The notes: generated by a model not told the origin, from the sequence alone. A DNA stretch of 64,000 nt, filler included, from Sanchytrium tribonematis (GCA_018985235.1; 23 parts of 23 records of this genome joined end to end with filler, not necessarily neighbours in it), one strand, 5' to 3'; counted from the whole stretch's first letter, positions 24,366 through 34,766 are shown. A program made the numbers and translations.

Positions 24366-24791
24366 TTATTTCTTGTCTTCAAACTCTCTTTTGTTAGGAA
24401 CATCAAAAAGGATCTGCTTGTCAAAATCACCCTTGAAATTCAAATTTAAAAAATCGTAAATTTGATCATTCGTATGTTTGATGTAAGCCGCCATTGTTAT
24501 GACACCTTCAGTTTCGTCAGGTAAGCTTGAAGATGTAACTTCTTTATATAATTCAATACTTCGAGTATACAGTAGATGATACAAGAACGAGCATAAATTG
24601 TGTTTTTCAGGAAAATCGAGTAATGCCATGAATGTACAGCCAGCCCATATGACTCCATCGCCGCTTATTTGACGATGAGCTAATGTTTGCCCAATCGCAG
24701 GTAGGGCATATACAAATTCAATAAAACACCAAATCTGTGCAAAATCATTTGGTGTGTCAAAAGGTGATGGTGATTTAGATATTAGAGCGGA
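24366..24791 (-). CDS. CYFIP: CYFIP/Sra1/PIR121 (WAVE regulatory complex subunit), C-terminal fragment
   Basis: Frame read upstream of the listed ORF: DFAQIWCFIEFVYALP...GDGVIWAGCTFMALL..CSFLYHLL matches human EFHRLWSAMQFVYCIP...GDGLHWAGCMIIVLL..DFCYHLL. Confidence 0.85.
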   Translation of the reverse strand, partial: SALISKSPSPFDTPNDFAQIWCFIEFVYALPAIGQTLAHRQISGDGVIWAGCTFMALLDFPEKHNLCSFLYHLLYTRSIELYKEVTSSSLPDETEGVITMAAYIKHTNDQIYDFLNLNFKGDFDKQILFDVPNKREFEDKK

Positions 24792-24891
24792 NNNNNNNNN
24801 NNNNNNNNNNNNNNNNNNNNNNNNNNNNNNNNNNNTTAATTAATTAANNNNNNNNNNNNNNNNNNNNNNNNNNNNNNNNNNNNNNNNNNNN

Positions 24892-24975
24892 CGACGCGGA
24901 TGGGGACGGGGTGCTGTACGCGGCAGAGTAGACATCTCTACGATCCGCTGAGGCTCAGCCCTAGTCCAATCGATC
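24892..24975 (+). rRNA. 3' end of LSU (25S/28S) rRNA, divergent and GC-shifted; end approximate
   Basis: CGGGGTGCTGTACGCGGCAGAGTAG...TACGATCCGCTGAGGCTCAGCC matches the remembered fungal LSU end CGGGGTATTGTAAGCAGTAGAGTAG...TACGATCTGCTGAGATTAAGCC. Confidence 0.8.
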
Positions 24976-25104
24976 GGTATGGTTGGGGAGCTTGGCGGTG
25001 TGTGTGTGGGAGAGTTGAGATGGAGTTGGTTGACGTGGGATATCGGGTTGCTTCTTGGTTGACTTGAATGATAATTGGTTGAGTTGGGCTATCAAGTCGG
25101 TTGA

Positions 25105-25200
25105 GTTGGCTGGCATGGTGGTCCACTCGGCCGACAGTTGGCTGGCATGGTGGTCCACTCGGCCGACAGTTGGCTGGCATGGTGGTCCACTCGGTCGACA
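25105..25200. repeat. 3 x 32-bp tandem repeat GTTGGCTGGCATGGTGGTCCACTCGGYCGACA
   Basis: Units at 25105, 25137, 25169; one mismatch. Confidence 0.95.
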
Positions 25201-25296
25201 GTTGACTTGTTGGATTGCCTTTGATATTTACAAGTCAAATTGCAAAATTGGCTGGGGAGAGTCGTCCCTAGAGGGACTCCCGGGAAGATGGTCAAT

Positions 25297-25490
25297 TTCC
25301 CTATGGAAAATTTCGGCAGAGGATTTTGACTTTGAAATTACATTGCTTATCACTTTGGTACTTGGCGGTGGGGGTGGTCGACTCTCGGCGGGCCTCCCTA
25401 TAGGGGATACTGAGTTCCCTATGAAAATTTTCGGCGGAACATTTTGACTTTGGATTTATATTTCGAATCACTTTGGTACATGGCGGTGGG
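25297..25490. repeat. Imperfect direct repeat with 118-bp period (TTCCCTATG.AAA.TTTCGGC...ATTTTGACTTTG...ATCACTTTGGTAC.TGGCGGTGGG)
   Basis: Copies start at 25297 and 25415. Confidence 0.85.
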
Positions 25491-26306
25491 CCAAGCGAGC
25501 TCTGGTGAAGTCGAGGTACCTTCTATAGGGGCTTCCCTATGGCTATAGGGAGAATCATCGATCGGCTTCAAAATTTGTACAGGGATACCAGAGTACCCCT
25601 CGACTCTATGTGAAGTCCCCTAGGTCGACCATGTCACCTTACATCCCGTGAGACGTCCAGGACTCCCCCGAAAGTCGATGGCGCGGGCTTCAGTCCGCAT
25701 CAAGGGCCCCTTTGTTTCATACTGAAGTATATATGAAAATGCCATTGCTCTACCTTCCATCTGGTACCCTTATGAAGTTGATCGGTCAAGTATTCATGAA
25801 GTTGGTACTTTTCACTTTTCAATATTAACGAGTAGATGTTGATCAAATACAAAGTCAACCATCATATCTCATTTTAAATCACTTTCAATTTTTATATTTT
25901 CTATTTTATCATACAATACCTATTAGGCATCTTATATCAAGTATTTGGACCATACAAGACCAATCATTGGGGATATAAAATTTCACACCCCAAAAAACCC
26001 ATTTCCCCAGACCATAGGGAAATTTCTATAGGGAAAAATTTCATCTCCCTATGAATCTTCCCCAGAAAATGTTCCCTAGCGAAAACGCCTTATCCTCGAA
26101 GAAAAAATATTTATACTTTGCGGTGGCTCTTGTCATAGGGTGCGTAGGGAATTTTATAGGGAACCCTATGTCACCTATAGGGACCTTCCCTAGGGAACTT
26201 TTCCAAAATATATCGACCGATTTATACATTTTCAAACACATTTGTATAAAATCTATAGGGAAAATTTCTATAGGGAAAAGGTATACCCCCTGGGGAAAGC
26301 TCGGCG

Positions 26307-26580
26307 GAAATATTTTCCCCGGACAACTTTGACTTTTTTAGCATTTTTAAAGTCACTTTTGGAAAAATCATGGGGAACTTTTCTATAGGGACCTTCCCTA
26401 TACACCACATAGCGAGCTTCCCCAGAAATATTTTCCCCATACAACTTGTCATTTTTTAACATTTTTGGAACCATTTTGTAAAATCATGGGGAACTTTTTC
26501 CTAGGGAAGTCCACCAAAGCTCAGCCGAACATCTATAGGGACCTTCCCCAGAAATATTTTCCCTATACAACTTGCATTTT
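26307..26580. repeat. Imperfect direct repeats, 118-126-bp period (GAAATATTTTCCC...ACAACTT...AAAATCATGGGGAACTTTT)
   Basis: Copies start at 26307, 26425, 26551. Confidence 0.8.
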
Positions 26581-26989
26581 TCCAACCTATACAAAGCTGT
26601 TTGGTCAAGACATCCTGGGGAAAAAATCACCTTGACTTTGTATACCAACCCTAGGGAAGATGAGGTCGACCAAAATCTATGGGGAACTTTTCATAGGGAA
26701 CTTCCATAGGGACTCCCTATAGACTTTCGGCCGACCCCCCTGAAAAAAATTTCGACTGGAAATCTTGTCAAAAAATCACTTCATTTTTACTTGATGGTGG
26801 GGTCAGGGGGTACCCAACTTCGGCCGACTCCCTATAAAATTTTCGGCCGAAAAGTACCTCATTTTTGGCTGAAAAAAAGTCGATTTGAANNNNNNNNNNN
26901 NNNNNNNNNNNNNNNNNNNNNNNNNNNNNNNNNTTAATTAATTAANNNNNNNNNNNNNNNNNNNNNNNNNNNNNNNNNNNNNNNNNNNN

Positions 26990-27952
26990 TGTGCAGACGT
27001 ATTTTTTTACATTTCTTTTGAGGACACGAACTATTCTTCCTTTGGGAATGTTTAATTCATGTGAATTGGAGTTCACGCCTGCTGGGATGTCATTCTGATC
27101 ATTCAAGGCATCATCGAAAACATTCCAAAGTCCGGTAATTTCTACAGCAACTACATCACCATGCATCGCTCTATTTATGTCTTCCATGCCAGAAACCATA
27201 ACCATCTTCGATACAATATTATCACTTTCAATGCTGACGCTACCTTGAAAGCAATTATAATTTGAAATTTCCATTTTTCCTATAAAACAGCTTTTGTTTT
27301 CCACTAATTTAAACACTTCCTCTTCGGAAATATGATCTACGTGTTGAAAATCTTTCTCGGTAGACACATTATTCGAAATTAGATCTAGAACAAGATTCAT
27401 GCCCTTCATTTCAGCATACCATTCCAAAGAAACACAATGCATGGCATCATCGTTAGATTCTGAAAGTAAATACAAATGGTTTTCTCGTTTCTCTTGTGTA
27501 ATATAGTTCAAATGGGATTCAAGATATTCGCGTAAACCATTCATTCTGCGGTCATTGTAAGACTCTTTACTTTCATTTTCATCTCTGTCTAGGTATAGCT
27601 TTGATGAGAATTTATCAGCAAAGATGTAGCAGTGTCTTTCAGGCTGCATCGCAATATTTCGAATACGCTTTTGAATAACATTTGTCTGCATATCTAACTG
27701 TGACCATGGAAAAAGTAAGTGCGTCAGTTCACTAGACTCCAAAGCGTCAATCTGCTGCTCCATTATTTTTCCATGTACAATTAAAATGTCCTTACTTTTT
27801 GAAAACGGACAGTCAGTGTTTTTGCAGACTGTACATTCTAAAATGCCACAAGGTATGTCGTCTCTCAAGTATATTTCTCTGACAATTTTCGTGATCTTAT
27901 TCGTCTTAAGTTTGATGTATTTTTGTTCCAACTTGCAAATTGATTGTGACAT
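26990..27952 (-). CDS. DIS3: Exosome nuclease DIS3/Rrp44, N-terminal part (CR3, PIN, CSD1)
   Basis: KIVREIYLRDDIPCG..CTVC, ENESKESYNDR, INRAMHGDVVAVE, GRIVRVLKRN. Confidence 0.88.
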
Positions 27953-28038
27953 TTCCCCTCTACGCTAAAATAATTTCATCAACCTTTTAATTTCAAAAAT
28001 CGAGACAAAATTTATTTTAAAAATGAATAACAAAATCT

Positions 28039-28326
28039 TCACATATTCAGATAATCTGCCAATACCATCACTTCCACCGAAAGTTCTGGTTTGATTTCAA
28101 AAACTGGGGCATTCTGGACATCATCTTTATACTTGTGCTTATATTCCATATATTCGATAGCTACATTGATGACCTCTTCTCGGTAATCTTCTAATTCGAT
28201 TTCTTTTGTTGTTGATTCTACAAAAAGGTCATTCGAAAGTATTTGCTCCAAAGTTTTTGATTCTTTCGCAACTTCAATTGACAAAGTGGCCCTGAAATCA
28301 TCCTTTCCTATCAATACAACTGACAT
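28039..28326 (-). CDS. ELC1: Elongin C
   Basis: Skp1/POZ-like 95 aa; FVES..EIEL, EYMEYKHKY, FEIKPELSVEVMVLADYL. Confidence 0.85.
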   Translation of the reverse strand: MSVVLIGKDDFRATLSIEVAKESKTLEQILSNDLFVESTTKEIELEDYREEVINVAIEYMEYKHKYKDDVQNAPVFEIKPELSVEVMVLADYLNM

Positions 28327-28384
28327 TTAAAGTTGCAAGGAGTCGTTTTTAAATCCCAATTGCTGATTGAAACATAAATTTATT

Positions 28385-28984
28385 TCAAATAAGAGAACTT
28401 TTAGAATTGCTTCTAAACAATCCTTGTTTTTTAAAAAGATTGATTTCACTTTCTAAGTTTCCATTGTGTTTTTCATTTTGCAAAAGTCTCAAATATTCCT
28501 GCGTTACTTTTACTTCCATGTTGATGAGCAACTCTCCCATATTTTGTGCATTTACAAGAGGAACCCATATATCCTCAGAAACTTCAATTTCCCGGGCACT
28601 CGCGTTATCTATTTTGTTCAATAAGAAATTCCAAACATCCATTTGAAAATCGCCTAATGAGGTTTTTCCTTTAATAAATTTTTCGATAGCATTTGGTTGA
28701 TGATTGTATATTGAAGCATTAATTATAAATCTGAATTTTGGACCGTTTCTTGCATATGTTGGATCTGGTAAATTAACCTCAAAGCTGTCATTCCAACTAG
28801 GAGAAGCTGAATATTGAACACCTTTAGTTTTCATTATGGCGCTCAGGTGCTTCTTCGGAAGTCCACTTTTACCATACGAAGAACGGACTTTAGCAAAAAT
28901 AGACTCTTGATCATTTCCGCCCTGTATGTTTCTAGCTTTAATTATAGTAATTTTCATTAGTCCAAAAGGTCCAGGCTGCCCTAC
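28385..28984 (-). CDS. C2-domain protein, possibly 5'-partial
   Basis: KITIIKARNI, KTK...SPSWNDSFEV, LGDF, WVPL..GELLI; frame open to the contig end. Confidence 0.7.
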   Translation of the reverse strand, partial: VGQPGPFGLMKITIIKARNIQGGNDQESIFAKVRSSYGKSGLPKKHLSAIMKTKGVQYSASPSWNDSFEVNLPDPTYARNGPKFRFIINASIYNHQPNAIEKFIKGKTSLGDFQMDVWNFLLNKIDNASAREIEVSEDIWVPLVNAQNMGELLINMEVKVTQEYLRLLQNEKHNGNLESEINLFKKQGLFRSNSKSSLI

Positions 28985-29084
28985 NNNNNNNNNNNNNNNN
29001 NNNNNNNNNNNNNNNNNNNNNNNNNNNNTTAATTAATTAANNNNNNNNNNNNNNNNNNNNNNNNNNNNNNNNNNNNNNNNNNNN

Positions 29085-30207
29085 GTTCTATGGGGCAATC
29101 ATTGGGGATGCCCAAACACTCTTCTAATGTCACAAATCGATAGCCATAACTCTCAAATAATGTTTTAATACGTGGCATCGCATTTAAACATGCTAAATGC
29201 ACATCATGGCACAATACCGTATGTCCACGCGTATTCTCTGTCAATAATCGATTTGCAATGCGATTATACGCATTATCTGCATTTCCTGGATCTGTCCAAT
29301 CGAGTGAATCAATAGACCATGTCACTACAAATAATCCCAATAAATACCAATTCAACATGCTATTAGTTGTATAATCACCATAAGGAGGTCTTAAATACTG
29401 TACATTCTTTGAAATGGCATTATTAATGGATTGACGCGCTAAAGATGCTTCAGAAATAAGAGTCGCATCCGTCATCCCAATGGCACTATTATGAGAATAA
29501 GTGTGATCTGCAATTGCATGTCCATTCATAAATGTTTGATTTGTAATATTACCATACAAATCAACGCGTTGCCCAATTTGAAAGAATGTTAGAGGAATCC
29601 CCAATGATTGCCCCATAGAACTCACTTGATTTGTAATTATGGCATCTGGACCATCATCAAATGTGAGTGCCACTACTTTATTTTGAGTGCAGTACGTGGC
29701 TGGATCTGATTGTTTACTCCATGCCAATCCACATCCATTTCCATATCCAATTTGGCAATTTGTGCAATAATCACTCCCAATCCCACAATATCCATATTGA
29801 GAACAGCACATTCCAGATTGACATACATTATTTTGTATATTTGCCGATGGATTGCGCCCACATGGCTCATTTAATCCAGGTGCTGTAATATTTTGACAAT
29901 TCCCATATCCATTTTGACATCCAATTTGACAATGTGCACTCGTATTCCCACAATATCCATATTGAGAACAACACAATCCACTCCCACATGTTGCCCCACC
30001 ATTCCCAATCCCGCATGAACCACCCTCTGCGACATTCATCAAATTCGTACAATTTCCATAATCCATTTGACATCCCAATCCACAATGTGCACTCGTAGAC
30101 CCACAATAATTGTATTGTGAGCAACATTCATTCATAGGACATGTCATATTCACATTGAACCCACAATTTTGAGCATGCAACAATACCAAAAAGACAAAAA
30201 AGAGCAT
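29085..30207 (-). CDS. Secreted chitin/polysaccharide deacetylase (CE4) with three CBM18 (hevein) domains, 3'-partial
   Basis: Signal peptide; 3x CCSQY.YCG; VALTFDDGPD, HTYSH, RPPYG, DSLDW, LCHD. Confidence 0.93.
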
Positions 30208-30240
30208 GCAAGAAGGAGATCCCCGAGTATCAAAATCAAT

Positions 30241-30627
30241 TTATTGATAATTTAATATAACCACCAATCCTTCCATGACATGGCATTGTTGTTCCAATTG
30301 GTCCCTATAATATCCATAATATTCCATAAATTCATGCATATCTCCATCATATAAACAAATCGCACAATTTAAACACTTTTTAACAGTCACACATTCTGTA
30401 TAATGCGTCATAAGTCCCTTTAATTCTTGAAATAGTGATTGTAATTCTTTAATTTTACCATTTAATAAAGATACAGAACTTGGTGAATTCTGAGAAATCT
30501 GAGTATTTTGAGAATTTGGCGTATTTGAGATACTGTGTAATCCATGTAAATTAGCATATTCTTTCCATATACAATTAATAATGTCTCTAATATTCAATTG
30601 CGTATTCATTAATTTATAATGAATCAT
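30241..30627 (-). CDS. Hypothetical protein, likely the C-terminus of a longer low-complexity gene running to 31074
   Basis: 128-aa ORF; upstream S/T/P/Q-rich frame is offset, with no clear intron. Confidence 0.35.
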   Translation of the reverse strand: MIHYKLMNTQLNIRDIINCIWKEYANLHGLHSISNTPNSQNTQISQNSPSSVSLLNGKIKELQSLFQELKGLMTHYTECVTVKKCLNCAICLYDGDMHEFMEYYGYYRDQLEQQCHVMEGLVVILNYQ

Positions 30628-31174
30628 TTGAAATTGAGCATCATGATGAAATCCACTTAATGTGGCATTTGGATGGATTAATGGGGGATTTAATAGAGAT
30701 TGGAGGGGTGTAGAGACAGGTGATGCTGGTGGGTGAATGCACTAGATTTGTCAAATGTTGAGTCATTTGATTTGTCAATTCTGGTAAATCACGTAATGGC
30801 TGTAATGGGACCATGGTGGGTGATTCACTAGGTGTGGATCTAATAGAAGATTGTTTAATGGGTGTGGGTTGTGGGATAGATGGGGTATTCGATGGGGGAG
30901 TGGGATTTAATTTGACTTGTTTGCGAATTGGATTGGAATGTGTGGATGCTCTTTTCTTTAGTGGGGTAGATTGGATGGATGGATTAGGTGATTGAGAATT
31001 GCTTTGTGAGACACTGTGTGATTTGCTTTGTGGGACACTCTGTGAAATACTCTGTAAAATGCGCTTTTCTGGCTNNNNNNNNNNNNNNNNNNNNNNNNNN
31101 NNNNNNNNNNNNNNNNNNTTAATTAATTAANNNNNNNNNNNNNNNNNNNNNNNNNNNNNNNNNNNNNNNNNNNN

Positions 31175-31442
31175 CATCCATTGGATCTCTCTCTACAACC
31201 AATTTCTTCGCCATCGCAAAGTATTGGTCATAGGTGATTTTTGATTCTTTATAATTGGATTCTTTTAATAATTGAAGCACTTGATGCGTTTTCAAATCAA
31301 ATCCAAGTGACTTTAAAGCGAATCTACATTCTACAGCATTTAATGCATTGTCTTTGTCCATATCAAATAGTTCAAAGACATCTTTCAGCTCTGCTTGTTG
31401 CTCATCTGTAATTTCTCTCTTCTTTCTTCGCGCTTGAATCAT
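31175..31442 (-). CDS. Centrin (Cdc31/centrin-3-like), 3'-partial
   Basis: EITDEQQAELKDVFELFDMDKD, ALKSLGFDL, ERDP. Confidence 0.85.
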
Positions 31443-31503
31443 TTGAATTTGTTTCAGATTTACATTTCTGAGTGAATATATATTTATTTGAGTTTAAATA
31501 AAA

Positions 31504-33168
31504 CTAGACAAATTTAAGAATACTTTCAAATTTCTTCTCTATAGGAAGTCTCTTAAATCCGTCATAAACAATCTCTCGATTTTTCATAAAAATAGAATCG
31601 TCAAGATTACAACTCTCAAAAGCTTCCACAATTCTGCATTTCAAATCATCATCAAAAATATCTAGCAATGCCTTGTCTCGAACAGACTCATTCATCAAAA
31701 TTTCACCAAATATCATAGATATGGCTCTAGCTTCAAAAGTATTAGATTCTTGTAACAAATTACAAAATTCAATAGAAAGTTGACGAATATATGGCAATAC
31801 ACTCAAAATAGAATATTTCATAGCATACTGTATGACAGACAAGCATGAACCACGAAGTGCATTCTCAGCCAACTTCATTTCTTCCTCCCTTTCTATTTCT
31901 AATTTTATACTTTTCAATTCGCTTGGTGTCAATCCAATCGAATTTATCTTTGTTTTATGTTTTTGTGTATTCGAGAGGATTCTTAAAGGTATTTCCAGTA
32001 TTTGACTATTGAAAATAGTTTCACGGTGATGTAGAACCAATTTGTTGCACAATTCTGAAATATTTAGTAAATAAGATATAGATTTGTGGAGATCCACTAA
32101 AATGTATTCAACCAGCTCAGGTAAATGGCCATTGCTGCAACGAACTAAGCAAAATATTGCATTCATAACCACAAACGGATCCTCATGCTCGAGACAATTG
32201 AAGATCAAAGGCACTAAATTACTATCAAAGTTGGAAATCAAATGAAGTCCGAATCCAACGATACTGGGTTCTGTGTCTTGTAAATACATTTTGATGTCTT
32301 CCTCATTCCTGACAGTCACTTTTGACTGAACAGGGTCTATATTAAGAGGGACATGCAGTTCTTGGCACAAAAATTGCAAATTATTTTGAATATTTTCAGT
32401 AACATTTAATTCTAGATCATGAATCAAATCAATGCAAAATTGTAAAAGATCTTTGCAAATGTCATTAATATCCTGAATTGCGGTCAAATCAACTAGACAT
32501 TGCAAGATTTGAGTGACAAAATCTAGAAAGTCAATATCAATATCAGACCGGACATTTTCGAAAATCAATGGTAAATTTTCGAAAACTCTTGGGTTATTTG
32601 TCAGCAAAAATTCTTGCAAGTACAGTGGGATTAAATAAACATGGGCATTTGGAAATAATTGAAAATAATCCTCAATTTCAAGAACATTCTCGTGAAATAT
32701 CATGTACAGTACCTTTAGTTCGTTATTTTTGATATACTTTTTGTATTGCTTGACATTTCTGCTTAGTTTGATTCCATCTAAAATTAGTTTGGAATATGTT
32801 CTGTCAACTGTAGGGTAATTTTCTAAAATAAGTGAGAGAAATTCTTCATTTGTTAAATGCAAATAATAATTAGGCAGCGTATAAACAACAAATTTGCATA
32901 AAGTACTGGCGAAAGCTGAAGGAAATGTGACTTTAATGTTGTTGACGATTTCAACAAGTTTCGCTATATCTTCTTTAAATGGAGCCAGTAGCATATCAAA
33001 AATAGGATACAAATCATTACCATCGCCACCAGTCTCTACAATACAAATAAAGACACCTTCAAAATCCAACTCAATGAGTTGCAAAATATACTCTTGCATC
33101 AAAATCTCAGATATGCGTAACTCAAACATTACTGGAAAAGACTGTACCGATCATGGAACCTGCTCTGA
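31504..33168 (-). CDS. ARM/HEAT protein, probable Rtp1/TANGO6 C-terminal part
   Basis: LQDTEPSIVGFGL..LEHEDPFVVMNAI..LRGSCLS resembles the RTP1 C-terminal motifs; 5'-partial. Confidence 0.5.
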
Positions 33169-33816
33169 NNNNNNNNNNNNNNNNNNNNNNNNNNNNNNNN
33201 NNNNNNNNNNNNTTAATTAATTAANNNNNNNNNNNNNNNNNNNNNNNNNNNNNNNNNNNNNNNNNNNNGGGGGGGAATTGTATTTTTATAGTCGAAATCC
33301 TATCCAATTCCCCCGGGGGAATTGATAACATAATAGAAGAACAACATCTGATGTCGATGCAGTAATTATTGCATTGAGTGATGCATTCATTGCCAGTTTT
33401 CCAGCGCCTATTCGTTTAGGTGATTTTGCATCTGCATGTATCACAACTAGCAATAACGCAAAAGAGCGATTTAAACACACCACTCATATGCAATCAACAA
33501 GAGTAGAAGACGATGTTTTGGCTTTGGTTGAGCGCATTCAAGAAATTGTCTTGGAATTTCAATAAATTGATTTCAAGTCAAAGGATCCTCGTTTTCCACA
33601 GAGCGTGTCTCATATCTTTATCACAAAGGAATTCAAAAGCAAGAATATTAGTTTCAATAAAAATTCACGATTTCTGACCATTCTTGAAATCACGTCATAG
33701 TTTTTTAACCAATCAAAACTGTTGAAAAAAGGTACATCGTGCGACGTTTCTCGATAAAAGCTTGGACCCCCCCCCCCCCCCCCCCCCCCCGCGATCGTAT
33801 CCACGAGTGGTTGATC

Positions 33817-34766
33817 ATGAGTGATTGTCAATTACTTTACAACTTTATGACAAGTTCCGGATTAAATCCATCTTGGATTTACTCGTCTACAAATGTGTGT
33901 GTTGGTGTTAGCGGAATCACGACATATAGCAGTTATTATTATGGGATAGAAGTTACTGGAGTGGATTTCTCATATAAAGGCATGACTTATTTTGATGGTC
34001 CTAGTTTGTTAAAATTAACTAGTTTAGCTAACGTTAATCTCAATGGGAATGCCATCACGACAATCCCCAGCGAAGTCTGTCAAATGAAAAGTCTTATGAA
34101 GTTGAATCTTGATAGTAATTGTATTACTAGTGTACCGTACTGTAGCTCATCCTACTTTTATCACTACACGATTTCTAACGCTCAAATTGTATTGACAAGT
34201 AACCCAATTCAGACGATTTCAAGTTCATCGCAATTTTATAGCTATACGACTCTTTCGTATTATAAAAAGAGTGCATGTGGTGGAAGCACTTCTACAGGTA
34301 CAGGGACTACAGGTACAGGGACAGGTGCTACTGTATCACGTGATTCGGATGGTAATATTTATCTCAAAAATATCGAGTTTACATTACATTCGCCTCCCTA
34401 TGTCACTACTTATCCATATCCTAAATCTACTACTCCTGATTCTATAAAAGATGATCAATCTTGGACGCTTTGGGTCGCTGTGGTTTCCTTTCTATTTACT
34501 CTATTATCTTGGTATTTAGCTGCAAAAAGCTATAATAGAAAAAAATATTGTGGGTTGTGCAAAAAGAAATCAGTTAATGTAAATTAATTTAGGACACTCT
34601 TTTAATTAATGACAATATTTCAAAAAAAAACTTGTGTAAGGATTGTTTTACTTGTAAAATTTGTAAAAAAGAATTGAAACCATCTGACAAAGATTATGAA
34701 TTCAATCAAGTGATTTTATATCACACGCACTGTGTTTTAAAAGAACCTGCAAAGTTGCCAGAATGA
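33817..34766 (+). CDS. LRR ectodomain, S/T/G stalk, TM helix and cytosolic LIM-type zinc finger; join(33817..34572,34593..34766); start uncertain
   Basis: LRRs LANVNLNGNAITTIP and LMKLNLDSNCITSVP; TM WTLWVAVVSFLFTLLSWYL; spliced tail CGLC-x18-CKDCFTCKIC-x19-HTHC; stop TGA overlaps AATAAA. Confidence 0.75.
34573..34592 (+). other. 20-nt intron (GTTAATGTAAATTAATTTAG)
   Basis: Same 3' consensus as the other introns; removal completes the LIM domain. Confidence 0.8.

Larger units (their letters stand above)
24976..26889. other. rDNA 3' ETS / intergenic spacer with subrepeats
   Basis: Non-coding, follows the LSU end, contains tandem and dispersed repeats. Confidence 0.7.

Noticed and set aside
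25105..25200. 32-bp repeats as a CRISPR array
   Set aside because: Units are directly adjacent with no spacers, there are no cas genes, and the context is eukaryotic rDNA spacer.
25560..25720. GC-rich segment in the rDNA spacer as 5S rRNA or a ribozyme
   Set aside because: Short hairpins are possible, but I could not match 5S or hammerhead core motifs on either strand; an Rfam scan is needed.
24938..26474. Short ORFs in the rDNA spacer contig
   Set aside because: By-products of repeats, with no protein-like signal.
30628..30800. Frame offset in the low-complexity minus-strand gene as an intron
   Set aside because: The only GT-AG candidate seen (17 nt) gives the wrong frame and lacks the consensus; unresolved.
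33767..33790. C24 run encoding poly-Pro at the N-terminus of the LRR protein
   Set aside because: Homopolymer length is unreliable, the ORF start there is GTG, and it may be a sequencing or assembly artefact.
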